64,000 bases of DNA from Malacoraja senta (Eukaryota), in contig JAXLNO010000462.1 in the NCBI GenBank assembly GCA_038087875.1, positions 310,001 through 374,000 on the forward strand. Reading direction: 5' to 3'. Every line of letters starts with the position of its first letter. The stretch's first letter is position 1. The notes under the pieces are model-generated. The model searched no databases and was not told the origin of the DNA. It was given only the letters and a program-made list of their open reading frames with translations. The translations under genes were made by a program, and so were the position numbers. This document shows, piece after piece, positions 23,945 through 35,610 of this stretch.

Positions 23945-25690
23945 CAAGGCACTTTTATTTCTATAGCACATTTAAAAAACAACTCTCGTTGGCCAAAGTG
24001 CTTTACATTGGTGGAGGTACTGACGTTATGGCTAAGGGGATCAGGGGGTATGGAGAGAAGGCAGGTACGGGATACTGAGTTGGATGATCAGCCATGATCA
24101 TATTGAATGGCGGTGCAGGCTCGAAGGGCCGAATGGCCTACTCCTGCACCTATTTTCTATGTATCTATGTATCTATGTTATACAACAGTGGTTCATAGAT
24201 TAAGTACATACATAAATACATACATATAGCCCTCCCTCAGAGGACGTCAAGAAAGGCTTGGGAGTAAAGATGAGTTTTAAGTCTCGACATATAACCATAT
24301 AACAATCACAGCACGGAAACAGGCCATCTCGGCCCTTCTCGTCCGTGCCGAACACTTACTCTCACCTAGTCCCATCTACCTGGACTCAGACCAGAACCCT
24401 CCATTCCTTTCCCGTCCATATACCTATCCAATTTATTTTTAAATGATAAAATCGAACCTGCCTTCACCTCTTCCACTGGAAGCTCATTCCACACAGCTAC
24501 CACTCTCTGAGTAAAGAAATTCCCCCCTCATGTGTACCCCTAAACTTTTGTCCCTTAATTCTCAAATCATGTCCTCTTGTTTGAAAATGGAAAAAGCTTA
24601 TCCACGTCAACTCTGTCTATCCCTCTCATAATTTTAAAGACCTCAATCAAGTCCCCCCTTAACCTTCTGTGCTCGAAAGAATAAAGACCTAACTTGTTCA
24701 ACCTTTCTCTGTAACTTAGTTGCTGAAACCCAGGCAACATTCTAGTAAATCTCCTCTGTACTCTCTCTATTTTGTTGACATCCTTCCTATAATTAGGCGA
24801 CCAAAATTGTACTCCATACTCCAGAATTGGCCTCACCAATGCCTTGTACAATTTTAACATTACATCCCAACTTCTATACTCAATGCTCTGATTTATAAAG
24901 GCCAGCACACCAAAAGCTTTCTTTACCACCCTATCTACATGAGATTCCACCTTTAAGGGAACTATGCACAGTTATTCCTAGATCCCTCTGTTCAACTGCA
25001 TTCCTCAATTCGCTACCATTTACCATGTACGTCTTAAAGGAGTCGATGGAGGGGGCAGTTCTGATGGGAAGAGCGATGCTGTTCCACAGTCTAGGAGCTG
25101 CAACCGCAAAGGCGCAGTCGCCCCTGAGCTTATGCCTAGACCGCGGGATGTTCAGTAACCCCAAGTCGGACGATCTGAGGGACCTGGGGGTAGTGTGGTG
25201 GGTAAGCAGACTTTTGATGCAGGTGAGGGCTTTGTAGACATAAAGGAGGATCTTGAAATTTATTCGGAACCGCACAGGGAGCCAGTGGAGAGAGGCCAGG
25301 ATCGGGGTGATGTGGCCCCTTTTTCGGGTGCCCGTCAGGAGACTCGCTGCAGCGTTTTGGACCAGTTGCAGGCGGGACAGGGAAGATTGGCTGATGCCAG
25401 TGTAGAGGGAGTTGCAGTAATCTAGGCGGGAGGAGATAAATGAGTGAATGATCTTTTCGAGGTCATCAAACTGGAGGAATTGTTTTATTTTAGCTATCGT
25501 CCGAAGCTGGAAGAAGCTAGCTTTTACCACGGCATTGACTGGTTTGTCAAATTTCAATGCTGAGTCAAATATCACGCCAAGGTTTTTGACATGAGGTTTG
25601 AGTAGTGGGGTAAGGCTTCCAAGGCTGCCTGCTATCATTTTGATAGAGTCCGAGGGGCCGAGAAGGATGACCTCAGACTTACTCTCCTTT
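23945..25690 (-). mobile_element. L2-clade LINE 3' fragment interrupted by CR1 pieces (24030-24177 and 24289-25031)
   Basis: VKNLGVIFDS...SRLDYCNSL...LQLVQNAAA...LHWLPV...AFAVAAPRLWNS; 3' end tttatttctatagcacattt. Confidence 0.88.
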
Positions 25691-25737
25691 TAGATTTAGT
25701 TCCAATCTTAGAACCAGGCAGCAGAGGAACAGGCCCT

Positions 25738-25872
25738 TATATAAATAAAACACTATATAACCCTCTATAAATCTATATAACTAGAATACTATATAACGAG
25801 GGCTTTAGATAATTAAATCTCTATATAACTAGAACACTACATAACTAGGAATTTAGATAATTATATCTCTAA
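25738..25872. repeat. Degenerate AT-rich tandem repeat (tataactagaa-like); the same repeat resumes at ~39458-39690
   Basis: Direct reading at both sites. Confidence 0.65.
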
Positions 25873-26030
25873 ATAATTTGAGGAAGGACATTCTTGCTAT
25901 CGAGGGAGTGCAGCGTAGGTTCACCAGGTTAATTCCTGGGATGGCGGGACTGTCATACAATGAAAGAATGGGTCGACTGGGCTGGTATTCACTGGAATTT
26001 AGAAGGATGAGAGGGGATCTTATAGAAACA

Positions 26031-26567
26031 AGTTCAAGTGAGTTTATTGTCATGTGTCCCTGATAGGACAATTAAATTCTTGCTTTGCTTCAGCACAACA
26101 TAACATAGTAGGCATTGACTACAAAACAGATCAGTGTGTCCATATATCATTATATAAATATATACACACGTGAATAAATAAACTGATAAAGTGCAAATAA
26201 CAGATAATGTTCATAGTTTTGTCCGAGCCAAGTTTAATAGCCTGATGGCTGTGGGGAAGTAGCTTCCTGAACCTGGTCGTTGCAGTTTTCAGGCTCCTGT
26301 ACCTTCTACCTGAAGGTAGCAGGGAGATGAGTGTGTGGCCAGGATGGTGTGGTTCCTTGATGATACTGCCAGGCTTTTTGAGGCAGCGAATGCGATAAAT
26401 CCCCTCGATGGTGAGGAGGTCAGAGCCGATGATGGACTGGGCAGTGTTTCCTACTTTTTGTAGTCTTTTCCTCTCCAGGGCGCTCAAGTTGCCGAACCAA
26501 GCCACGATGCAACCGGTCAGCATGCTCTCTACTGTGCACCTGTAGAAGTTAGAGAGAGTCCTCCTCT
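26031..26567 (-). mobile_element. Rex1/Babar-type LINE 3' fragment inserted in a CR1 fragment
   Basis: LTGCIVAWFGN...LQKV...HPGHTLISLLPSGRRYRSL. Confidence 0.85.
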
Positions 26568-28283
26568 AACATAAAATTATTAAAGGATTGGACAGGCTAG
26601 ATGCAGGAAACATGTTCCTGATGTTGGGGGAGTCCAGACAGACAGGTGGGCAGAGGGGGTGGGGTAGCTCTGTTGATGAGGAATGAAATTCAGTCCCTTG
26701 CAAGGGGTGACATTGAAACAGTAGATGTGGAGTCAGTATGGATAGAACTAAGGAATTATAAGGGTAAAAAGACCCGAATGGGACTAATCTACAGGCCCCC
26801 AAACAGTAGCCTGGACATAGGGTGCAAGTTGAATCAGGAGTTAAAATTGGCATGTAGTAAAAGTAATGCTGTGGTTGTTATGGGAGATTTCAACATGCAG
26901 GTAGACTGGGAAAATCAGGTTGGTACTGGACCCCAAGAAAGGGACTTTGTAGAGTGCCTTCGTGATGGATTCTTTGAACAGCTTGTATTGGAGCCTACCA
27001 GGGAGAAGGCAATTCTAGATTTAGTGTTATGTAATGAACCGGGTTTGATAAAGGAACTTGAGGTTAATGAGGCATTAGGAGGTAGTGACCATAATATGAT
27101 ATTTTAATCTACAATTGGAGAGGGAGAAGGGTAGATCGGAGGTGTCAGTGTTACAGTTGAATTAAGGGGACTATGGGGCCATGAGGGAGGAACTGGCCAA
27201 AGTTGAATGGAAAGATACACTAGCAGGGATGACAGTGGAACAAAAATGGCCGGTGTTTCTAGGAATAATACAGAAGATGCAGGATCAGTTCATTCCAAAG
27301 AGGAAGAAAGATTCCAAGGGGAGTAAGGGGCGACCGTGGCTGACAAGGGACGTCAGGGACAGTATAAAAATTAAAGCGAAGAAATATAACGTAGCAAAGA
27401 TGAGCGGGAAGCAAGAGGATTGGGTAATGTTTAAAGGGCAACAGAAGATAACTAAAAATACAATATGGGGAGAAAAGATGAGGTACGAGGGTAAGCTAGC
27501 CAAGAATATAAAGCAGGATAGTAAAAGCTTCTTTAGGTATGTGAAGAGGAAAAAAATAGTTAAGATCAAAGTTGGACCTTTGAAGACCGAACTTATTATG
27601 GGGAACAAGGAAATGGCAGATGAGTTGAACAGGTACTTTGGATCTGTCTTCACTAAGGAGGACAGAAACAATCTTCCTGATATAGTAGTGGCCAGAGGAT
27701 CTGGGGTGACAGAGGAACTGAAGGAAATCCACATTAGGCAGGAAATGGTGTTGGGTAGACTGATGGGACTGAAGGCTGATAAATCCCAGGGTACTTAAGG
27801 AAGTGGCTCTAGAAATCGTGGACGCATTGGTGATAATTTTCCAATGTTCTATAGCTTCAGGATCAGTTCCTGTGGATTGGAGGGTAGCTAATGTTATCCA
27901 ACTTTTTAAGAAAGGCGTGAGAGAGAAAACAGGGAATTACAGACCAGTTCGCCTGATATCGGTGGTGGGGAAGGTGCTGGAGTCAATTATAAAAGATGAG
28001 ATAGCTGCACATTTGGATAGCAGTAACAGGATCGGTCCGAGTCAGCATGGATTTACGAAGGGGGAATCATGCTTGACTAATCTTCTGGAATTTTTTAAGG
28101 ATGTAACTAGGAAAATGGACAATGGAGAGCCAGTGGGTGTAGTCAGGCATGTGCCGTGAGTAATTACTCAAGGTAGGCAACAAGTCGGCTTTAAAACAAA
28201 ATCTTAAACCACGCATTGTTCTCTCCGTAAGCTGTCAGTCGACTTTTATAAAGTCTTCAAAAGCCAAATCTCTTAATAAAGTA

Positions 28284-29928
28284 CCGTATTTCCCGGCAAT
28301 GAAAACGCACCACCATTTTGAGTTGCTAAATTTAGAAAGAAGGCTGGTGGGACATAGAATTTCTCACGCTCAAAAAAATAAAAATAAAGAAAGCAATTTG
28401 CCCAAGGCTTCCAAATCTCCTTCTGATTGAGGCATTGCAGCGTAAGTTCACGAGATTGATCCCTGGGATGGCGGGACTGTCATATGAGGAAAGATTGAAA
28501 AGACTAGGCTTGTATTCACTTGAGTTTAGAAGGATGAGGGGATATCTTATAGAAACATATAAAATTATAAAAGGACTGGACAAGCTGGATGCAGGAAAAA
28601 TGTTCCCAATGTTGGGCGAGTCCAGAACCAGGGGCCACAGTCTTAGAATAAAGGGGAGGCCATTTAAGACTGTGGTGAGAAAAAATGTTTCCACCCAGAG
28701 AGTTGTGAATTTATGGAATTCCCTGCCACAGAGGGCAGTGGAGGTCAAGTCACTGGATGGATGGATTTAGGAGAGAGTTAGATAGAGCTCTCGGGGCTAG
28801 AGGAATCAAGGGATATGGGGAGAAGGCAGGCACGGGTTATTGATAGGGGACGATCAGCCATGATCACAATGAATCGCTGGCTCGAAGGGCCGAATTGCCT
28901 CCTGCACCTATTTTCTATGTTTCTATTCTGAATTACTGAATGGGTGGGGGGGTGAAGGGTGATGGCAGGTGGAGAGATGGTGGGAAAAACGGGAGCATAC
29001 TGGGACAAGTTGAATCAGTTGTGATCTTATTGAATGACAACACTTGTTCAAGGGACCAATTGGGGGGAGAGTTCCTTTCACAGCGTGTGGAGAGTCTGGC
29101 CAGGGGTAAAGTTGCGGGGAGGGCAGGAGCATTGAGAAGGAGGGAGTCGGGGATCATGCCAGTAACTCACTCACTCACCGCTGCCGCAGCGTTCCGGGCA
29201 CAGAGCCACCGCATTGTGGCCGGGCAGGGAAGCAGCTCGGATGGCTATGAGTGGCCTCGGGACCGGACAGCGGAACTGGACGCCACCTCAGCGCTTTCAG
29301 CCAGCCCACTCACCTCTGGCGGTGCTCTCCGTCTGAACATCTCTTACCTGCCGATCGCCGGCTTCGCTCCTGTCAGCCGCTTCCCGCAAATCCTTAAATT
29401 CCGACAGCCGAGTAACCTCAATTGGTCCCTTGATCGCGCTGTCGGAATTTGAGGATTTGCGGGAAGCGGCTGACATGAGTAAGGCTGCCGAGCGGCAGGA
29501 GGGAGGTTATCAGACGGAGAGCACTGCCAGAGGTGAGTGGGGACCGGCAGAAGGAGCTGTGGTGGCGGCCGGTTCCGCTGTCCGGTCCCGGCGGCCGCTC
29601 GCAGCTACCCGAGCTACTCTCTCCGGCCATAATCCGGTGGCTCCGTGCGCGGAGCACCGCGTCAAGTGAGCTCCTGCCCTCCCCGCAACTTTACTCCGGG
29701 CCAGACTCCCCACACGCTGTGAAAGGAACTCTCCCCTCCCCAGCAGTGCTGTCCGTTTACAGCCGCTTCCCATCAGCTGCCAGCAATGAGGGATAGACTC
29801 AGCTATCCCTCAGTACAGCAACATCGTTCTTGGCTAACAACCTTCCAACTTCAGCTTCCAAGACACATGTAAATTTTCGTGCCTTATTTTTGGGTAATAA
29901 ATAGCGTCTTCATTGCCGGGAAATACGG
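28284..29928. mobile_element. Tc1/mariner superfamily (pogo/Tc2-like) non-autonomous element with TA TSD; contains a CR1 fragment (~28420-28926) and a long palindrome
   Basis: TA|ccgtatttcccggcaatgaaaacgc ... gcgtcttcattgccgggaaatacgg|TA. Confidence 0.88.
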
Positions 29929-30175
29929 TATTGAAAACCATATAGCTCCAAGAAATCTACTTACCACATCATTTGTACACAAACTCCATTCTACACTCTG
30001 TTTCTTAAGATACACTTAAGATAATGCCAATCCATGTTTGAAAAACCCGCCAAGAAACTTGCGCTGCACCTGCGCAGTAGGCTGCTGGGCATGCGCAGTA
30101 CTGCAAAGGCAGAATTGCAGCTGCCTTCAATCCCGTCATTGACGGCTTGAAGCAGCGATGACGGCACGTGGGCTG

Positions 30176-30968
30176 TGAAAAAGTTACTTTTATAACTACT
30201 AAACCAGGTTCGCTTCTTAATAAACAGACACCACACAAACTGTTTGGTAGACCAGTTCAAAACTTTACTTAACATCGGCCGATGGAAGGGAGCGAGAATT
30301 CCAGCTAAGTGACCAATGTAGACACTCGACTGTCCTCGGTCCCCTTCTCTGAACAACAGAATTACATCACATTATATAGTGTTTCTTTGTCACATTAGCA
30401 CATTCCACAGACATTAGTCATGGTCAGAGGTACAGGAAAAGGCATCACATCAAAGGCCTTTTGTTTACAGGTTATGATATACTAAAAACATTGGCCATTT
30501 GTTTTAGGTCATTTTATCTTCAAAGAGATCACCCTAGCTCTTTCGCTGTTTCCTCTCTGTCACTTGGTCCTTCATAACCATAGGCCATTTGTTTTATGGC
30601 ATCTTATCTTTCCACTTCCCTGGATCCTCTCTCATCACTTCGCCCCTCCTAAACATTGGTCATTTGGTTTACGGCATCTTACTTCAAAGATGTGACTAGC
30701 TGTTTCTCTCTTCCTTTATTGCCTCCTCCCCCATAAACATTGGTCATTTGGTTCATGGCATCTTACTTCAAAGATGTGACTAGCTGTTTCTTTCTCTGTC
30801 ACTTCCTCACTTGGGAGATAATGTTATGGTATTTATTATCTCAATACCCCAAAACCTGAGGCAACTTAACTTGCCTTTCTGTATTATTCTACTGGAGAAA
30901 AGCCTGATTTGAGACTAAATATAAGCTGTAAGCTTTTCTTATATTTTTAACATAATTCAGCTTTATCA
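30176..30968 (-). repeat. ERV 3' LTR
   Basis: No difference from 34765-35557 found by eye; preceded on the minus strand by PPT aaaaggatggaa. Confidence 0.95.
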
Positions 30969-31590
30969 TTCCATCCTTTTATCAAAATCTTGATAATAAC
31001 TACAGTCCTTGCCGAGTACATACGAAAGACCATAAGCATCTCATCAGGCAAATTATCTCACTGTCTGTAGTCAGGGTATCTTTGCTGCATTTGTCATGTT
31101 TGACTCCAATCTTGTTTAAAAGGATGTATGTACCATCCTTTAAATGTGGTTTAGTCCGCAAGTTTGCCATTCTGAAGAAAGTCCAGTCCATGTGGGCCAC
31201 CCCAGAATAAAAGAGGGTCAATAGCTCCACAAACCGTTCACAGTCAATCAAATGTATCCAACGACGATGATCTTCAATCTTCACAGCAGTTTATGTTGTT
31301 GATAGCACTTGGTTTTTCCTTTCAACACAATCTCAATTTCTTCTTGTCCCAGCACATGGTCATTTTGTAGCATTTATGGACTCGTCCCTGTGCTCACAGC
31401 TCCTCTAACCTGGGAATGCAGATCTGGCAAGACCTGGGTTAATTGCTGTCCATACATAATTAGTTAATTGCCCAGGGCCTGTGGGTGGCTTCCCCCCACT
31501 CTCCAGGGTGTGGGCACAGCAGCCTTTCCTGAATCAATAAAAAAGTTGTAAATCCTGTTTCTCTAGCTGCAGTTGAATAACCCCAATCTA

Positions 31591-31722
31591 CTCTGAAGAA
31601 GGGCTTCGGCCCAAAATGATGCCTATTTCCTTCGCTCCATAGATGCTGCCTCATCCCCTGAGTTTCTCCAGCACTTTTGTCTACCTTTGATTTTCCAGCA
31701 TCTGCAGTTCCTTCTTAAACAC
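31591..31722 (+). mobile_element. Degenerate hammerhead-core short repeat inside the ERV
   Basis: ctgaagaagggcttcggcccaaaatgatg plus family tail. Confidence 0.75.
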
Positions 31723-32609
31723 TTCTCTGTGAACTTATTCTTTAATCCGATTATATCTGAAGAGGCTCTCCCCACCTAAATATTAAATTCTCCAAATATG
31801 TTCTCTTCCCCAATCTACTTATCTTCTCACCTTTTATCCCTCATTATGAGATCCCTCAAACCCCCTTTTGTAAGCCATAAGACAATTTTACATGTACATT
31901 CATTTCCCTTACACAGCACATGCTTCAACACCTTTGTTCGTCTGCAGACCGTAATCTTGCTTCATTTGCATTTTAAAGGACAACCTCTGTTATCACATCA
32001 AAACAATCTTTCCCAAAAGAACTCACTCAGAATCAGTAATCAATAATACATTTTCTTTTTCTCTGTAATTTTGACATTTCCAATCTCATTTAACACTTTA
32101 ATTGGGATGAGTCTCTTTTTGAACTCGGCTCAAAAGATTTATAACAACCAACACATTTTATCATTTGAGTATAGCTCCACCCCCCATTCATGGCAGTGTC
32201 TTAAAGGAACACACCATAACCTGCCTGTTCATTTGCATTTTAAAGGACAAACTGTTCTTAAAGGGACTCACACCTTTGCTCATTGCTTCAAATTTCACAC
32301 ATTCCACATAGAAAAAACATTGTTTTACAAGCAGTACATACACACAAAAAAATTGTTTTACCAGCAGTATATAATATTTCATCTTCAAAGACGTCTCTTT
32401 GTAATTTACTTTCCCTTTTTCTGACAAGACTTCTGTTTACCAGAATCCTGGTTACCTAACCCTAATTGGACTTTGATCCAGATCATGATTAGTCAGACTC
32501 CCCGTGACTTTTCAGTCTCCCTATCCTATCCTCATTTCTCCACCGAATTTGTCTTCATCCCCAATTTTTCTATAACATAGTTGCTTGTCAGAAAAAGGAT
32601 TCCCCCGGG

Positions 32610-33460
32610 GTAATTTTGTTTTGCAATGCCCCATAGGCTCTTTCCACCATCCCAGATGCCTGTGGGTGATGTACACAGTGAAATTGCTGTCGGATATAAA
32701 AATGTGTACATATTTCCTTATTAATAGTGGCAATAAATGGGGACCATTGTCCGAGCTTATGACAGTAGGTAGGCCAAACCTGGGAATAACTTCCCTTAAC
32801 ACCAATGTTACTGTAGTCTCAGCAGTATCATTAGTGGTTGGTAGAGCTTCAATCCACCTGCTAAATAAATCTAAAATCACTAAGCAATATTTATAACACT
32901 GGGCCCTTGGTATTTCAATAAAATCAATCTGTATGCATTCAAACGGTCGTGATGGCATTGGCGTCACCCCTGAGGGTATCCTAATTGGTTTGCCTGGATT
33001 ATTTCGTTGGCAAATTTTACATTCAGAGGCCTGCTTCAGTGCCTCTTGCCGGATTTTTAGGTGCCACCACGTTTCCTTTGTCATCCTTATCATTCCCTCC
33101 TTACCAGCATGGGTAAGTGAGTGAATATATGTTAGTAAAACAGGTAAAAATGCATCAGATACACCAACTTGTCCAAGCGGGGTGAGCCGAATCAATGGCA
33201 CAGCCCTCTTGTTTCCATTGTTGTTTTTATATATGAGAGGCGTCCCTCTGTAATGTACATACCTCCCTCATGTTTGGCAGGACCGTTCTATTTGCTAACA
33301 TCTGTTTACCAGATGTCACTAAGCATTTGTATGCATAGGCTGCTTGTTTGGCTACACTATCGGCAAATGCATTGCCTTTTGTTATAGGGTCCCCAGCACC
33401 AGTGTGTGCAGCACATTTAATAATGGTCAGCTGTTCTGGTATCATCAATGCCTTAAGCAA
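32610..33460 (-). pseudogene. ERV pol remnant: RNase H C-terminus and integrase zinc-finger/core; the integrase C-terminal piece lies separately at ~31230-31540
   Basis: IIKCAAHT...GNAFADSVAK; HSLTH...CKICQ...QIDFIE...ISSDNGPH; AVKIEDHRRWIH near 31250-31290; frameshifted. Confidence 0.88.
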
Positions 33461-33559
33461 ATAACGCACAGAAAGGCATTCCCGTGCTCCCAATCCTGGG
33501 GAGCTTTGTAAGGTCAGAACTTCAAGGTATAGGGATATTACTGACGGAGCTGTCACAGG

Positions 33560-34126
33560 TAAGTATGCCATCGCTACTGGTAGGACGTAGGGAGGTGGAC
33601 ATCTCCCAAGATTATCTAACTCCTCATCTTCACTACCAAACAGGGTCGTCGTGCCACACATGAAGTCTCCTCCAGAGGATTTACCAGTACTGCGTTTATT
33701 TTTTACTAACCATCACCTGTTTCTCACCTCCTGCCTGTCTTTTAATTCTTTTCTCATGTTCCTCTGCCCACTGGCATTCTAGTTGCAATACTTCCCATCC
33801 TTTCCTAGTGCCATCCTTATTTCTTAACTCTATCCCTCTAACATGCAACTTCGATCTCTACTCTCCTGATGCTTCTTCTCTGCTTCTGCTTTCCACGTTT
33901 TAATTCCCTTCTTCCATTTCTTTCCTGTCTTCCTTTCCCATATCAACATCTCTGCTTTTTTAATTGTCTCGACATTCCATGTGCCCCCTACTGGCGCGGC
34001 TTCATCCCCCAACCGTTTGCTCAACTTGTAACTTAACATTCTAAATTTCTTATTATACTTAGGATTCAAATAACACATATGTTGGACGGGGGTTCCCCCC
34101 TCACTGTTATCCAGTGCATTCCCCAT
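33560..34126 (-). pseudogene. ERV gag N-terminal remnant
   Basis: Starts MGNALD (Met-Gly myristoylation-type start); PPPY late-domain motif near 33590; stops and frameshifts. Confidence 0.75.
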
Positions 34127-34746
34127 AGATAGATAGAGAGAAAGAGAAAGAGAAAGCAGACTTCTTAATTCCGAATCGTTCCAAATATATCAACCAGGCC
34201 GACTCGCTACTCGAGACCCCAGTTTCTCAATTTGGCTGACTGTTTAACTTTGTAATATACAACGCCACTTATTTCTCAATCCGACAACTCCCTGGATGTT
34301 TCAATAAGCCAGACGCACACCTCACCTCCCGTATCTCAACCCGACAAAACACGGATGTCTCAACGAGGCCGATAAGCCCTTAGTAGAGAGAAAAGAAAAA
34401 AACAAAGAGAGATAGACAGAGAGAGAGAGAGAGAAACCACTCACGTCCTTCTTAACAAGATACACAAGCCCTTCTTAAAAATACAAGCACAAGTCTGTCT
34501 TAAAAATACATACACAATCCCCACTAAAAAAACCCTATAAAGCCCAACTGGTCTTACCTTAGTCTGTTGCTAAGAACCTCGGCAGGGAACCTGGATCAAC
34601 CTCTGATGAAGGATCACAGACGTTCCCGGGAGTTTCTAGGGAGTCGGTCTTACAAGGGGGCCGATAGAGCTCAGTTATCTCCCTTCCAATCCCGGCAACC
34701 TCTGCAACCTCTTGCACAGTCAGCCGTTGATGTGGTCCCAGCGAGG

Positions 34747-34763
34747 CCTGCATAACTACGCCA
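34747..34763 (-). promoter_or_regulatory. ERV primer-binding site, tRNA-Ser-like
   Basis: TGGCGTAGTTATGCAGG one base after the 5' LTR; compare TGGCGTAGTCGGCAGG, the complement of the vertebrate tRNA-Ser 3' end. Confidence 0.75.
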
Positions 34764-34764
34764 A

Positions 34765-35557
34765 TGAAAAAGTTACTTTTATAACTACTAAACCAGGTTC
34801 GCTTCTTAATAAACAGACACCACACAAACTGTTTGGTAGACCAGTTCAAAACTTTACTTAACATCGGCCGATGGAAGGGAGCGAGAATTCCAGCTAAGTG
34901 ACCAATGTAGACACTCGACTGTCCTCGGTCCCCTTCTCTGAACAACAGAATTACATCACATTATATAGTGTTTCTTTGTCACATTAGCACATTCCACAGA
35001 CATTAGTCATGGTCAGAGGTACAGGAAAAGGCATCACATCAAAGGCCTTTTGTTTACAGGTTATGATATACTAAAAACATTGGCCATTTGTTTTAGGTCA
35101 TTTTATCTTCAAAGAGATCACCCTAGCTCTTTCGCTGTTTCCTCTCTGTCACTTGGTCCTTCATAACCATAGGCCATTTGTTTTATGGCATCTTATCTTT
35201 CCACTTCCCTGGATCCTCTCTCATCACTTCGCCCCTCCTAAACATTGGTCATTTGGTTTACGGCATCTTACTTCAAAGATGTGACTAGCTGTTTCTCTCT
35301 TCCTTTATTGCCTCCTCCCCCATAAACATTGGTCATTTGGTTCATGGCATCTTACTTCAAAGATGTGACTAGCTGTTTCTTTCTCTGTCACTTCCTCACT
35401 TGGGAGATAATGTTATGGTATTTATTATCTCAATACCCCAAAACCTGAGGCAACTTAACTTGCCTTTCTGTATTATTCTACTGGAGAAAAGCCTGATTTG
35501 AGACTAAATATAAGCTGTAAGCTTTTCTTATATTTTTAACATAATTCAGCTTTATCA
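34765..35557 (-). repeat. ERV 5' LTR (U3 with four imperfect tandem repeats, TATA-like ctatataat, AGTAAA-type poly(A) signal)
   Basis: Direct reading of the minus strand. Confidence 0.95.
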
Positions 35558-35610
35558 GCTGCACAGACCATCACGTGTTACATGTACTGCGCATGAAAGG
35601 CACGGAGAAT

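Larger units (their letters stand above)
30176..35557 (-). mobile_element. Endogenous retrovirus (class I / epsilon-like), internally deleted, non-autonomous
   Basis: Two 793-bp TG...CA LTRs; 4-bp TSD gctg (30172-30175, 35558-35561); PBS, PPT, gag, RNase H and integrase remnants. Confidence 0.95.

Noticed and set aside
24931..25638. 235-aa ORF as a novel fusion protein
   Set aside because: Chance in-frame junction of an L2 fragment and an inserted CR1 fragment
29991..30356. ORF duplicated at 34559-34945 as a viral accessory gene
   Set aside because: The shared part is LTR R/U5 sequence with a non-ATG start, running into unrelated flanks
31000..31284. Possible env or accessory ORF before the 3' LTR
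   Set aside because: Begins as integrase C-terminal sequence; no signal peptide, furin site, CX6CC or TM segment seen
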